Shown: positions 10,071 through 20,660 of the stretch, piece after piece
Layout of the letters: each line of letters begins with the position of its first letter
Position numbering within the stretch: the first letter of the stretch is position 1
Notes under the pieces: generated by a model
Told to the model about the DNA's origin: nothing
Seen by the model: only the letters and a program-made list of their open reading frames with translations
Databases searched by the model: none
IMG/VR virus record: IMGVR_UViG_3300029915_001170
Location: 35,641-99,640 of that record
Length of the DNA: 64,000 nucleotides
Source of the DNA: a virus
Lineage: Duplodnaviria; Caudoviricetes
Reading direction: 5' to 3' (one strand)
Position numbers and translations under genes: made by a program

Positions 10071-11942
10071 CTAAGCTACCGCAGAAGCTACGCGGCGACG
10101 ATATTGCGCCATTTGTTTAGCAAGAAATTCATTGATCTTTTCTTCAGAGACTGTATCAAACTTCCATACCTGCGGCCCGTAGGAGAGAACATCTAGAAGA
10201 TCAATCAAACCTTTGCGCTGGCCGTACTGCTCTGCTTCTTCTTTGGTTTCGATGCAATTGTTAGCATCAAGCCAGAGTTCGTGGCGCTCGACAATTGGAA
10301 TGAAGTTCTCAATGCGCTCAGCTTTGGCATTTGCATTCTGTGGAGTTTTCAAAGGCAGAAACTGAATTCCAGCAATCTCTGGGTGAGTATGCTTGTGCTC
10401 TTCTACGAAGTAGTTCAGATGATAGAGGAGGAACTTTTGTGCGGCGACTGCTTCCACATAGACGACGCGAAGCTTCCACTTGATTGCAAAGAAGAAAATC
10501 TTTTTTACAAACTCATCAATCGGAGCGGCTTTTGCCCATTGATCGAGGAGATAGATTCTACGGGGACTGCGACTTATACCAGTCACAGCGATAGCGTGGC
10601 GGCAGCGTCCATCCTTACCGACCTCTTGGCCCATGTGTGCACCGCCGTGGTTTGGATCAACAACCATGTAACGGTCAAGGTTTCGTGGGAAGATGTCTTT
10701 TTCTACATCGCCGGCGGCAACATGGTGTCGCACCACGATACGATATTGCTGAGGTTGCGTAGTTTCGAAGAGCCGAGACATTGTCTCAGATTCTTTTGGT
10801 ATAGCCAGAGCACCAGTTACCTTCTCGAAATGGAAGTAGCGAAAATCCGCCATGTTAAACTTAGCCTTAGACGGATCAATAGGATAATTAAGAAACTGAC
10901 AGGAGAAGTGATAGCTACCCAAACGACGCTTCCAGCGAAGGAGTTTTTCTCTTGTGAAAGCTTCCGGAAAAATCGGCTGGCCAAAAGAGTGCAAAGCACA
11001 GCAGCCACCAAGAGCACTATGCGTAGTCCAACTGAAGTATGGCTCTTCTTGGCGAATGTGCGAGTTGAGATCATCATGACTCCAGCGATTTCCTACTACT
11101 ATCTCATCAAAGTCTCTACCAGGATTATTCGGGTCATTGTCTGTTGCGCCTACGAGGATTTGGTGGTAGTCAATGGTATCAGCCATGACAATCGAACTCT
11201 TACGGGCTTCTCTTCCAACAAGATCATCCTGTACGACGACGTTGTAGTGCCGCGACTGAAGAGCAGCACCGACACCAATGAAGTCAAAGGTTCCTTCACC
11301 TTGACCACGGCCAATGGGAGTGCGCCGCTGATGGAGAGACTCATTTGTCCACGTCTCCTTTTCTGTTGGCATAATCTCAGGAAAGAGATGGCGAAAGAAG
11401 GCGTTGTTCTCGTAATGGTTTGAGATACGGATGCCGAGCTTAATGGCGTTCTTGATGGTTTCTGAGACAAGTAGAATGCGAATGTCTTGTGAATGTGTAC
11501 GGCGCATCCACTCAATATAGAGGTCGGTGTAGCCAACACTGGTAAAGAAGTCTTCCTCACGGTGGCCGAAGGGCAAAGCGCGCCAGATTGGAAAGCACTC
11601 AGAGTATACTGTGGACTTGAAGTGATCGCGCGGTATCTCAATGCCTTCTTTGAGGCCATCCTTCATGACCGTGAGACACATTTGATAATGCAGATTGTGA
11701 GCTTTATCCGGATTCTTTGAAAATCGGTCCTTGCCCATTACGATAGTGCTGAAATAGTACAAGTCCATCAAAGAATTCGCACGATAGATTTGCTTTTTCT
11801 CTGTCGGAGATTTTGCAATTTCTGTAGGTATGAGATTATATCCGAGAACTGTAGACCGCGGCACAAAGGTATCTCCGATCTCTCCTACCTCAAGAGACCG
11901 GAGTATATCCCGCACACGTTGGTTTGTTTCTCGTTCGCTCAA
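10071..11942 (-). CDS. terL: terminase large subunit
   Basis: 'IPRDHFKST' Walker A, 'VVVQDDL' Walker B, 'VGNRW..DDL', 'SCQFLNYP', nuclease 'VVDPN' and 'DLLDVL'. Confidence 0.9.
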   Translation of the reverse strand: MSERETNQRVRDILRSLEVGEIGDTFVPRSTVLGYNLIPTEIAKSPTEKKQIYRANSLMDLYYFSTIVMGKDRFSKNPDKAHNLHYQMCLTVMKDGLKEGIEIPRDHFKSTVYSECFPIWRALPFGHREEDFFTSVGYTDLYIEWMRRTHSQDIRILLVSETIKNAIKLGIRISNHYENNAFFRHLFPEIMPTEKETWTNESLHQRRTPIGRGQGEGTFDFIGVGAALQSRHYNVVVQDDLVGREARKSSIVMADTIDYHQILVGATDNDPNNPGRDFDEIVVGNRWSHDDLNSHIRQEEPYFSWTTHSALGGCCALHSFGQPIFPEAFTREKLLRWKRRLGSYHFSCQFLNYPIDPSKAKFNMADFRYFHFEKVTGALAIPKESETMSRLFETTQPQQYRIVVRHHVAAGDVEKDIFPRNLDRYMVVDPNHGGAHMGQEVGKDGRCRHAIAVTGISRSPRRIYLLDQWAKAAPIDEFVKKIFFFAIKWKLRVVYVEAVAAQKFLLYHLNYFVEEHKHTHPEIAGIQFLPLKTPQNANAKAERIENFIPIVERHELWLDANNCIETKEEAEQYGQRKGLIDLLDVLSYGPQVWKFDTVSEEKINEFLAKQMAQYRRRVASAVA

Positions 11943-11957
11943 GCAGAAACCGCTTTC

Positions 11958-12392
11958 TTAGAGAGCTGAAGAGGTAATAGGTGTAGACACAGTGGAAGCA
12001 GAGACTTTATTTGCTACTGTCGATGCTGCTGTTCCTGTGGTGGTTGATGCCGGAATCGCATTCAGCGTTGCTACTACAGCATTTGCCCAAGCTGTCACAT
12101 TGGCAGGCGTAGCAGAAATGCCGGCTGATTTTGCATAATCAGCATAATCAGATTCAATTGAGGCCACAACCAAGGCCAGTTTCTGTGCGCCGCTACCGCT
12201 TTGTGCACCTGCAGCGATTGCAGCATTCTCTGCATTGATAGCAGCGGTGACAGTGAGGTTATACAGTGAGGCGATACCAGGAAAAGCCACGTCTACAATT
12301 GGCTCTGCAACCTGAGCTACCTTGGTGGCTCCTGTGAAGAACACCTCGAAAGCATGTCCAACTTCTGAGAGAATCGTGTTAATGTTTGCCAT
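11958..12392 (-). CDS. possible holin (LL-H-like) or virion protein
   Basis: 'SGAQKLALV...ANAVVATLN' resembles LL-H holin pattern. Confidence 0.35.
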   Translation of the reverse strand: MANINTILSEVGHAFEVFFTGATKVAQVAEPIVDVAFPGIASLYNLTVTAAINAENAAIAAGAQSGSGAQKLALVVASIESDYADYAKSAGISATPANVTAWANAVVATLNAIPASTTTGTAASTVANKVSASTVSTPITSSAL

Positions 12393-12573
12393 CTCTACTC
12401 CTTGCGCAAACGCTATGGGGTTTGCAGTCGGTGAGTCCTGCGTTAGAACTGAATTGCGCGGTATTAGGGTATGTCTGTTGTCATTACTTCAGCCCAGTAT
12501 GGCCACTCAAAACAATGAGAACCAAAAACCGGACTGAAAACATCACGTCGATGTTTCATCGAAAGGCCCATTC

Positions 12574-13383
12574 TTAATTCACTGGTCCTTCCATAGAAAG
12601 TGCTTCTAGCATCGCTGCTTCGGCTTCTAGCTTATCGAGAGCTGATTGTTGATCTACCTGTGAGAGCGTGTGGGAGTTTGAGAACTCGTTGTTTACTTCT
12701 ACTGCGGCGGCCGCATGGATTGGCGTAGCAGGTGCTGCGATGCCACGAATGGTGTTAATGATACTACGAGAAGCTTCGTCCATCCGCTCAAAATCAAACG
12801 CATCAACAGGCTTGATCTCTGCACGAGATACCTTGGCGAATGTTCCTTCGCGATCCATGATATCACGAGCAACATCAACCTGATGCTTACGCTCTGTGAT
12901 TGTGGTTGCTTTCGCGTTGAGTTCATTCGCCAAAACTTGAAAAGCCGATGGGAGAAGTTGTGCTAGCATCTCCTTACGCTGGCTTTTTATGAGATCAAGC
13001 TGTGATTCGGCATCTATGATGATGCCGTGGGTGATTTGCATTCGGACTTTGAGATAGTCGGGAGAGGATTTTATGCTTTGGAGTCGCCGCAGAGAGATTG
13101 TAAGCATTGCGGCGGCAGCAATCTCGGGAATGCCAGCATTTTCCAGACGCGCCATAGTTTCGAGGCGCTTTAGAGTACGAAAGTGATGTTTAGCATCTGG
13201 CTTCCGTGCGAGCCTGTTTGTGGATGAGAGTGCGCCGCCATAGTGTAAGGTGGTCGTTGTTGAGGAAACTGGACCGGCCGGCGCCGCCGCAGACACAGTA
13301 GATGCGCTGCTCGTGGTAGCTGAGGCACTTACGGCGGCCGCGCCGCTGGCTTTTGAGAAGTTTAGTTTACTTACAAGCGTCAT
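12574..13383 (-). CDS. probable terminase small subunit
   Basis: helical HTH-like region, 'ARDIMDREG' motif; upstream of terL; start uncertain. Confidence 0.55.
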   Translation of the reverse strand: MTLVSKLNFSKASGAAAVSASATTSSASTVSAAAPAGPVSSTTTTLHYGGALSSTNRLARKPDAKHHFRTLKRLETMARLENAGIPEIAAAAMLTISLRRLQSIKSSPDYLKVRMQITHGIIIDAESQLDLIKSQRKEMLAQLLPSAFQVLANELNAKATTITERKHQVDVARDIMDREGTFAKVSRAEIKPVDAFDFERMDEASRSIINTIRGIAAPATPIHAAAAVEVNNEFSNSHTLSQVDQQSALDKLEAEAAMLEALSMEGPVN

Positions 13384-13590
13384 CTAAATATCATCCTTTT
13401 GTGCCACCGCCAGCGCGGCGCTAGCGCCTCCGGCGCTTCTCGCAGACCCAAAGGGCGACGGAGCCGCCGCTGTGAGCACGCCTGGCTGATTCTCAAAGTA
13501 CCGTCTCAGCATACGCCGAAGCGGACTTCTATCAGTACGCTCGGAGCATGTATACACTTCTGCTGCGACGCCGCTGTTGGGATTGCTCAT
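13384..13590 (-). CDS. hypothetical protein
   Basis: ORF abutting terS. Confidence 0.35.
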   Translation of the reverse strand: MSNPNSGVAAEVYTCSERTDRSPLRRMLRRYFENQPGVLTAAAPSPFGSARSAGGASAALAVAQKDDI

Positions 13591-13939
13591 GCTTCAAGGT
13601 TACACCTACTGCACGGCGCTGTCAAGCTCGAAAGTGGTATTTTCAAGGCCAAAATTACCTACTCTGTGGCAGCATACACCCACCGGCCACCGGTCCCGGC
13701 GCTCCGCCACTACTGCTGCTGTAGCCGTTGCTTGCTGCTACCGCTGCTTCGCCGCCGCTACCGCTGCTGCCGCTTGCTGCTGCTCAGCACCTTGAGAATA
13801 TTCTTATAATGTACATTGCTATTTTCAAAAAAGTTGAAAAAATTAGTAGCGGTGTCCCCCTCGTTTTCTATTCGCGTTTGAGATTTTTTAGGCGGAGCCT
13901 GTATAGACAACTAGAGGGATGGACAACTAGGGCACAAGC

Positions 13940-13969
13940 GTTATAGCATAGGCGGCTTGCGGCTGTCAA
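13940..13969 (-). promoter_or_regulatory. leftward sigma70-type promoter
   Basis: TTGACA-18-TATAAC on minus strand, facing packaging genes. Confidence 0.55.
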
Positions 13970-14413
13970 GTAGCATAGGCGTTAATAGCAAAGTAGTACA
14001 TTCAAGAAAGCATAACAGGGACTATGAAAGAGTGTAGAGTGCAAGTTGTTGATAGCATTGGAGTTAGCATGAGCAAGCGTACAGATGTGCGTAGGCGCAT
14101 ATGTTATTGCGTAGGCGCGCCTGTGAATAAGCTGTGCATAACCTAAGCGGCTGTTGATTCTAAAAGACTTAGGGCGGCCATGCCGCCGCGCGGAGTTTGG
14201 CACGTTAATTGCTATATATAGGATGTAAGGCCAAGGCCATACGGAACACACAGAGAACCTGAGTATTTGACAATTGATTCACAAGTGTAGAGTATGGCAG
14301 GGTTAGCAGTATCGCTTAGGCCGTCAGAGCTACACGCACAGTGAGTAACCCTGTGCAAGCTGTATTCAGTGTATGGCTTGCACAGGGTTAACCCTGTAAA
14401 GGAGAAACATCCA

Positions 14414-14950
14414 ATGAGTAACAACACAATCGCCGATCAATTGAGCAACACAGCCGTAACAGCAACAGCAACAGCGGTCAAGGCTCCAACCGCGCCGGTA
14501 ACACCAGCAACGTTTAATCCTATGGACACACTGAGTGAGCGGCAGCGTATAGCGCTCGCGGGCAAGTGGGCAGCAATGAAGGAATCAGAACGTGACCTTT
14601 ACGCTGAGCATATTGCCACCGGCATTACAGACAGCGCTACGCTGTACTGCATTGCCACAATCACCACTGAAGCAAACAATCGGATTTTCAGCGAGAGTCG
14701 CCCGATATACCTTGCGACGTTGCTGCAATGGTATCTGGCACTCACGTCCACCGAGGATGCAATTAAGAAGTTTGCACAGCAACAACTTCAGAAGCTAGGA
14801 GACGAGACAAGTGGTTCACAGCAACTAACGCTGCTTTCCGCCGTAAAAAGCCGCCTTCTGGAGAAACGTACATTCCTGCCAGAAGCAACAGACAAGGCAT
14901 TCCGCGCGCTGTGCAGGTTCTACGGGTTTGATGCAAACATGGTGAAGTAA
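14414..14950 (+). CDS. early hypothetical protein
   Basis: AAGGAG RBS, ATG 14414. Confidence 0.7.
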   Translation: MSNNTIADQLSNTAVTATATAVKAPTAPVTPATFNPMDTLSERQRIALAGKWAAMKESERDLYAEHIATGITDSATLYCIATITTEANNRIFSESRPIYLATLLQWYLALTSTEDAIKKFAQQQLQKLGDETSGSQQLTLLSAVKSRLLEKRTFLPEATDKAFRALCRFYGFDANMVK

Positions 14951-14971
14951 GCGGCTCCGCCGCGAAGCGCC

Positions 14972-15012
14972 AAAGCAGCATAGAGCAGCATTCTTGCTCT
15001 ATGCTGCTTTTG
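14972..15012 (+). terminator. intrinsic terminator
   Basis: 15-bp stem aaagcagcatagagc/gctctatgctgcttt followed by T-run. Confidence 0.55.
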
Positions 15013-15493
15013 CACGTTTGTTTCTTGGCGTGCAGTGCTATTTGTGGACTCTCTCTAGGACACTTCTCTCTCTCGGCGGAGGCATGGGGCCTGGGAAGAG
15101 CTAGCCCTTGGGGATGCGCTTTGTTTTCAGACACTTACGGGTTGGTTAGGTAGTGCTATGCAAGTGACAACGCCCCCGGAGGCAAGGCTTCGCGCCGCGA
15201 GGCAGGCCACTCATGCACGTCCAAAGAACATGCTTTCACGTAGCGCGAGCGAAGCTTGTAGTAGTATATTTTTATATATAATTCTCTCTTTGTTGTGTTG
15301 TTGATTAAAATATATATAATCTTATGAAGGGTGCGTATGTACCGAGAAGTGAAGAAAGTTATGCTTTGGATGTGCAAGGGCGGCGGCACAGTCGCAGGCA
15401 GGCGCCCGGCACGGTGGGTGGTGACATTTGGGTATGACTACCCAACCATGCCGTAAGTCGTTGAAAACATGCGACATGTCGCAAGGCTGAAAC

Positions 15494-15522
15494 TTGACAG
15501 GCCCCATGCCTAGGTGTATCAT
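15494..15522 (+). promoter_or_regulatory. sigma70-type promoter
   Basis: TTGACA-17-TATCAT. Confidence 0.65.
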
Positions 15523-15555
15523 ATCCCTAGTGACCAAAAGAAGGGCGAGAAAACA

Positions 15556-16038
15556 ATGAGTTTTGGAAAAGCAATACAAAACACAAATGCAACGGCGCTA
15601 GGTGAGTTTTCTCTAGCGTCGATTGAATTTAGAGCAGCATGTAAGAGATTTACAAACATACGTTTGATGATGGATAGACCAGATGCATCAGATGCTGAGC
15701 TAGCAACGTATGATCGTGCACGTAGGGTATACAAGGTAGCATGTAAAGTCTACAATGCGGCGCGAGGAAAGTATATCTCTGCGATTCGACAGGTAACAAT
15801 TGAGGCTCCGAATCCAACAAATGAAGAACTGTACTTGTTGGCTTCAGAGACAAATCGGCAGTCGTTAGCAGAAGCAGCTAAAACAGCTCTCATTGCTGAT
15901 AGCATCACCAAAGAAGAATGGGAAGAAGCAGAGAAATTCAAGCGTGAGCGCGAAGAACGTGCAAGCGCAAAACGAGAGTTTCTCGCCAACTCAGAAGATC
16001 CTACGTTTGGAGATTTTGAACCTTTAGGAGACAGCTGA
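15556..16038 (+). CDS. hypothetical protein
   Basis: ATG downstream of promoter; charged helical protein. Confidence 0.65.
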   Translation: MSFGKAIQNTNATALGEFSLASIEFRAACKRFTNIRLMMDRPDASDAELATYDRARRVYKVACKVYNAARGKYISAIRQVTIEAPNPTNEELYLLASETNRQSLAEAAKTALIADSITKEEWEEAEKFKREREERASAKREFLANSEDPTFGDFEPLGDS

Positions 16039-16228
16039 TGCAGAATCAAAAAAGGTGCTTGTGTGGTATCAATCAGCATTCTTTAGCAACCGGCAGACTT
16101 GCTCTGCCATAGCCGCTCGGATATTAGAGCCGGATAAAGACCTGATCTTTGCAGTGTGGTCACACCTCGCGAAGATTGACCGGATGAGCGGCTATGGGAG
16201 CGCAAGATGCTCCAGATTCGAGGAATCA

Positions 16229-16447
16229 ATGACAATTGTGAAGCTGAAAACCACGCCTGAGACGCACAAGAGGCTGCACGAGTTTGGCACCACAATCGTG
16301 CAGCTTCTGCTCGACGAGCTTGAGCAGATGCAAATCAAGGAAGATGCGCTGTTAGAGACGCTGAAATCCGTAGCAAACTGCATAAACGAGCGCGAGGATG
16401 TTCGGCTTGCCGATAAACTCATCCGCGAAATTGAGGAATCACGATGA
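16229..16447 (+). CDS. hypothetical protein
   Basis: GAGG RBS, MTIVKLK start. Confidence 0.55.
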   Translation: MTIVKLKTTPETHKRLHEFGTTIVQLLLDELEQMQIKEDALLETLKSVANCINEREDVRLADKLIREIEESR

Positions 16448-16778
16448 TGCTTTATAGCTTTGTACTATATCTGCTTCTCACATTCACCGGCGGCGGCGTA
16501 GCCGCAGGCGGGCACTTGAATCGGTTACAGCATCTTCCACGGCCGATTGCACATCCAATTGTGTCGGTGGGGCAGCGGTAACCAACAGCCGACGACAACA
16601 GCAACAATCAGCGTAGCTGCTGGTACGTACGCGAGAGCTTTTTATGCTCTCTAGGAAGCATCGGTAAGCCATAGCTTACTGCGCTAGTATTGAGGATATA
16701 AAGTTCCAATGCGCTATCCTTCGATGCTTCCTAGAGAGTGTAAGCAGCAAAATTAACACTCTATAAGGAGAACACACA

Positions 16779-17504
16779 ATGGCCAGATGGTTGTACAAAT
16801 TGACAGACCAGAATGGGAATACCTTTGGTGACACCCACTGGGAAGAAGGAACCAAACACTCAATCGAACCAGAGCTTAGAGATACCTCTAAACCTCTTTG
16901 CACCAAGCATTATCTTCATGCTTACGAAAACCCTTTTGTAGCTGTGTTCAGAAATTCAGCAGATGCAAATATCAAGGACCCAATTCTATGGCGTGCGTCT
17001 GGTTGGGTATCGAAACGCGCAGGGCAACTCAAATGCGGGTGCTTCTCTCTGATAACGCATGAGAAGCTTGAACTTCCAATACTCACAGTTGAACAGAGAA
17101 TCGCAATAGCGATCTATTGTGCCTTGGAAACTTACCTAGAGCAGGAGTTTGTTAGCTGGGCTAAGAGATGGTTAAGTGGCGAAGACAGAACTGCTGATGC
17201 TGCTGATGCTGCTGCTTATGCTGCTTATACTGCTGCTGCTGCTGCTGCTGATGCTGCTGATGCTTATGCTGCTTATACTGCTGCTGATATTGCTGCTGGT
17301 GCTGCTGATGCTGCTGCTTATGCTGCTTATGCTGCTTCTGCTGCTACTTATGCTGCTGATGCTAATGCTGCTTATGCTGCTTATACTACTTATGCTGTTG
17401 CTACTGCTGCTTGTGCTGCTTATGCTGCTTCTCTCGACCTTATCAAAATCATCAACAAAGTCCTAAAGACGAAAAACCTCTCTTTTTGTAAGGAGAACAC
17501 ATAA
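16779..17504 (+). CDS. phage protein with Ala-rich repeat
   Basis: AAGGAG RBS; N-terminal 'LC..HYLHAY'; (A)n-D/Y repeats. Confidence 0.75.
   Translation: MARWLYKLTDQNGNTFGDTHWEEGTKHSIEPELRDTSKPLCTKHYLHAYENPFVAVFRNSADANIKDPILWRASGWVSKRAGQLKCGCFSLITHEKLELPILTVEQRIAIAIYCALETYLEQEFVSWAKRWLSGEDRTADAADAAAYAAYTAAAAAADAADAYAAYTAADIAAGAADAAAYAAYAASAATYAADANAAYAAYTTYAVATAACAAYAASLDLIKIINKVLKTKNLSFCKENT
17190..17430 (+). repeat. degenerate (GCT)n coding microsatellite
   Basis: about 80 codons, almost all GCT/GAT/TAT/ACT. Confidence 0.9.
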
Positions 17505-17692
17505 TGCCGACACCGGGATATAGTTTCCTTGAAGACTCAGACCTACACCAGCGACGGAATGAGTTTTGCACTCTCACCTCGCTGTCAGCAAGAAACGAGG
17601 AGCTTCTAGACATGCTTCTTCAGCTAGTGTATGTTTGCGGACAAGCAAAAGCAATCACAACACTCAGAAAGGATTTCGCACAATATGAATAA
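17504..17692 (+). CDS. hypothetical protein
   Basis: AAGGAG RBS, coupled to previous gene. Confidence 0.55.
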   Translation: MPTPGYSFLEDSDLHQRRNEFCTLTSLSARNEELLDMLLQLVYVCGQAKAITTLRKDFAQYE

Positions 17693-18292
17693 CTCAGCTT
17701 CCCCAGAACCTCTCGCTAACTCCGCAATGCCATACACCGCAGGAGTACGAAAGCGCGCTTCGAGCTTAGCTCTTCTACGACCGCTTTCTTTGGAGCACCG
17801 CAATGCCTACATCGAAAGCATTCACGGAAACCTTATCCGGCGGTATGCTAAAACCTCCAAGCGCGCACGAAAACAAGCTGCTGTCGCAGCGCGAAAGGCG
17901 GCATAGCATGTTCCATCTCGATGAGGACACAATCGAGGAGCTGCAAGACTTCGCAATCGGCGCAGTGGCAATTGCGTGCAGTTTTATTGTGGGGCTGCTG
18001 CTTCTCGTAATGTTCTAGCCGGCGGCTTCACCGTCACCAAAGGTTTATAAAAGGAACCGCGGAGCCATACACGTTACGTACTTCCTACAACTCCGTGGTT
18101 CCTATATAACCTTTGCACGCGGCGGTCTTGCCGCCGGCCTGTACACGAGTAGAGTCTTAGTATAGAGAACGCGGGTTCTTTTAGCTGCTGTTAGATTGGT
18201 GACTGTGAAGGCAGTCTTAATGAGGAACGCCAATCAGCAGCAGCTAAAAGAACCAACGCTCTAACAGCAACACCATACAAGGAGAAACCAAA

Positions 18293-18871
18293 ATGCAAGA
18301 TGAGAAATCCACCTCCACCAGAGGGCCTGAAAACATGCCAACAATCGCAGAAGCTTTCAAGCCTTCAAGCTTTAACACACTCAACAGTAACGGTCGCATG
18401 ATTCATGCGATGGATGACATTTCAAATGCAATGGTCGAGTATCTAGAAAAAAGCAAGTCTCTTCTCTCTGACGAGTCAAGCTTCGATAAGGAAGAAATTG
18501 CGAAAATCTACTATCTCACAGGAGTTGAGCATGCAACTTCAATCATTGTGCGATACATGCTCAGCGAGTTAGCCTCACCAAAAACCTGCAATCCGCTAGA
18601 ACAACTCACCATAGCCACACCTTCCGAAAATCGTTTCGTAAACGCTGGTATCGTAGCGTTGAATGCGCTTCTCACGTACCACAACGCTGCGCACTTATGC
18701 TTAGGCATTGGGACTAGCGAGGACTTTTTTGATTGGCCTGACGAGAAAGTAGTAGCCTTTCTTGAACAGCACTGTCACGCTACAGAGGATGTACTTGCTA
18801 AGCTATACAAGTACATTCCAGAGGTCGTGCCTACCACGTCCACCGATGCTACTCCAGACACCGTAAACTAA
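18293..18871 (+). CDS. hypothetical protein
   Basis: AAGGAG RBS. Confidence 0.7.
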   Translation: MQDEKSTSTRGPENMPTIAEAFKPSSFNTLNSNGRMIHAMDDISNAMVEYLEKSKSLLSDESSFDKEEIAKIYYLTGVEHATSIIVRYMLSELASPKTCNPLEQLTIATPSENRFVNAGIVALNALLTYHNAAHLCLGIGTSEDFFDWPDEKVVAFLEQHCHATEDVLAKLYKYIPEVVPTTSTDATPDTVN

Positions 18872-18914
18872 CCGAAAAACCGCTCTAAGAGGTTGAATTT
18901 GGGCCTCTTAGGGC

Positions 18915-18943
18915 TTGACATCCCGGCATCGCCGGTGTATCCT
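18915..18943 (+). promoter_or_regulatory. sigma70-type promoter
   Basis: TTGACA-17-TATCCT. Confidence 0.55.
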
Positions 18944-19479
18944 AAGACTAGGAGAACCAGTCCAATGGCCATACAAACAACGCCCATCGCTACTTTAAGC
19001 TTCCCACGAGAAGTTGAAATAACAATTACACTTCGCTTGAAGATTCGAGATCAAGAAGAACTAGATGCATGGGTTGATCCGACCACCAACACACTATCTC
19101 TCGGTGCTAAAGCCGATCTTTTCAGCATTATTGAAGATGCTACAAACGCGGAGATTTTAGCTGTTAATGGCGCAACAAAGGAACAGCTTCAACTCGCTCT
19201 CTCCATAGTAGCCGACCACTACTAACTTGCACAGAAACTTCGCCGCATAGAGCCTCCACAGCATTTTTCGCAAGCTAGACTTGCGGTGCGCTCTATAGGA
19301 TAGCTCGAAGCAGGGACTCTTGGAGTATGGTTTTCTGGCGATCGCCATACTCATTCTCCTCCCTTTCCGAGCTATCCTATAGAGTACATGCGCCACCTCG
19401 GCGCTATCCCATCGGGAATACTCAACCCCTCCGTCAAGGAGAGAATGCAACACGCGCTAGCGCGCAAAAGGAGCACCAA

Positions 19480-20049
19480 ATGGCAAATGAAGTGGAGCAG
19501 GCTGGAACGATTAGCACTGAGAAGTCAACCTATCGTTCCTATGTGAAGTACGAGTCCGATGCAAGCGGCAAAACCATTGTGAAGGAGATTCAGACCAAAG
19601 CCGGCGCGCAAAAGCTGGACAAGGACACTGGCCTTCCCACCAATTGGGCAGAACTGGAAAAGGCTGGATATACGCTTTTCAACGAGAATGAATTCATCCG
19701 TTATACGGTGAAGAGCATCGAAGCGGCACAGTTGCTTGTACCGGACGAAACCCAGTTCATCTACATCTTCCAGAGCGGTTTGAACTATCTTCAGAATGCA
19801 AAGTCCAATGCCTTCATGAAGTCTCAGAAGGAAGGCGAGCCGGAGCCGACGCCGGAGTACAATCAGGATGTCATCGACCTGAAGGATGCAATCAACGAGC
19901 CTCCCACTCGCAAGTCTCTGTCGGATATTGAAAAGCTTGTCCGGCAACTTACTGCTATGGGCATTCCGGCAGACCGGCAGGAAGCTGTGCTGGCTGCGTT
20001 GCTTGCTTCTAGTCCGGTGGCGGAAGCGGAAGATCTGACCGAGGGGTAA
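19480..20049 (+). CDS. hypothetical protein
   Basis: AAGGAG RBS, MANEVEQ start, strongly biased codons. Confidence 0.7.
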   Translation: MANEVEQAGTISTEKSTYRSYVKYESDASGKTIVKEIQTKAGAQKLDKDTGLPTNWAELEKAGYTLFNENEFIRYTVKSIEAAQLLVPDETQFIYIFQSGLNYLQNAKSNAFMKSQKEGEPEPTPEYNQDVIDLKDAINEPPTRKSLSDIEKLVRQLTAMGIPADRQEAVLAALLASSPVAEAEDLTEG

Positions 20050-20660
20050 GGCGACTCTGCTATAGCATCAATCAATGTGAGTATGTGCAAACCAGCCATG
20101 CTCACACGGCTCCATAGACAAGCCTTTTCGTGGCGGAGCTATCAAGCATCGAAGCAACAAGAATCGTACTGCTATGATGCCTACTAATTGTCTATCGCGC
20201 GTCGCCACTGTAGGCGACCTCGACTGAAAACGGGATGGGCAACCAGCAAAAGCGGATCGGCTGGTTGCCCGATTTTTTCCTTCACAGACGATCTGCACAA
20301 CCAAACCAATATAAAGGAGAAAACCAAAATGCCACAGCCTAGCGAAACAATGAAGCTAATGCGAGGACTCAATAACACTGAAAAGCGCGCTGTCAAAGCA
20401 TACAGAATACTGACACATGCTTTTTATACAAGCAGAGGAGAAGCTTTGTTTCTTACGATGCGTTATGAGCTTTTTAAAAATTTGAAAGCTACCAGCAGAG
20501 CTTATACAGTAGCCTCTAAGATTGAGAGCCTAAACTGGCAGCGTTGGTGCGATGAAGCAAGAGCAGCAGGACTTCGGTAGTAACAGCACCAACAGCCACA
20601 ATCATCCAACACACCCATAAACATTCCAAATGCGGCGTTGCCGCGGGGAAGGTAGCAGAC

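Noticed and set aside
10281-11423. 380-aa plus-strand ORF
   Set aside because: Antisense shadow of terL with no recognisable motifs
14267-14293. TTGACA promoter for the first early gene
   Set aside because: Best -10 is only 15 nt away; too weak to call
17176-17466. Leu/Met-rich 96-aa ORF resembling a membrane protein
   Set aside because: Alternative frame of the GCT repeat
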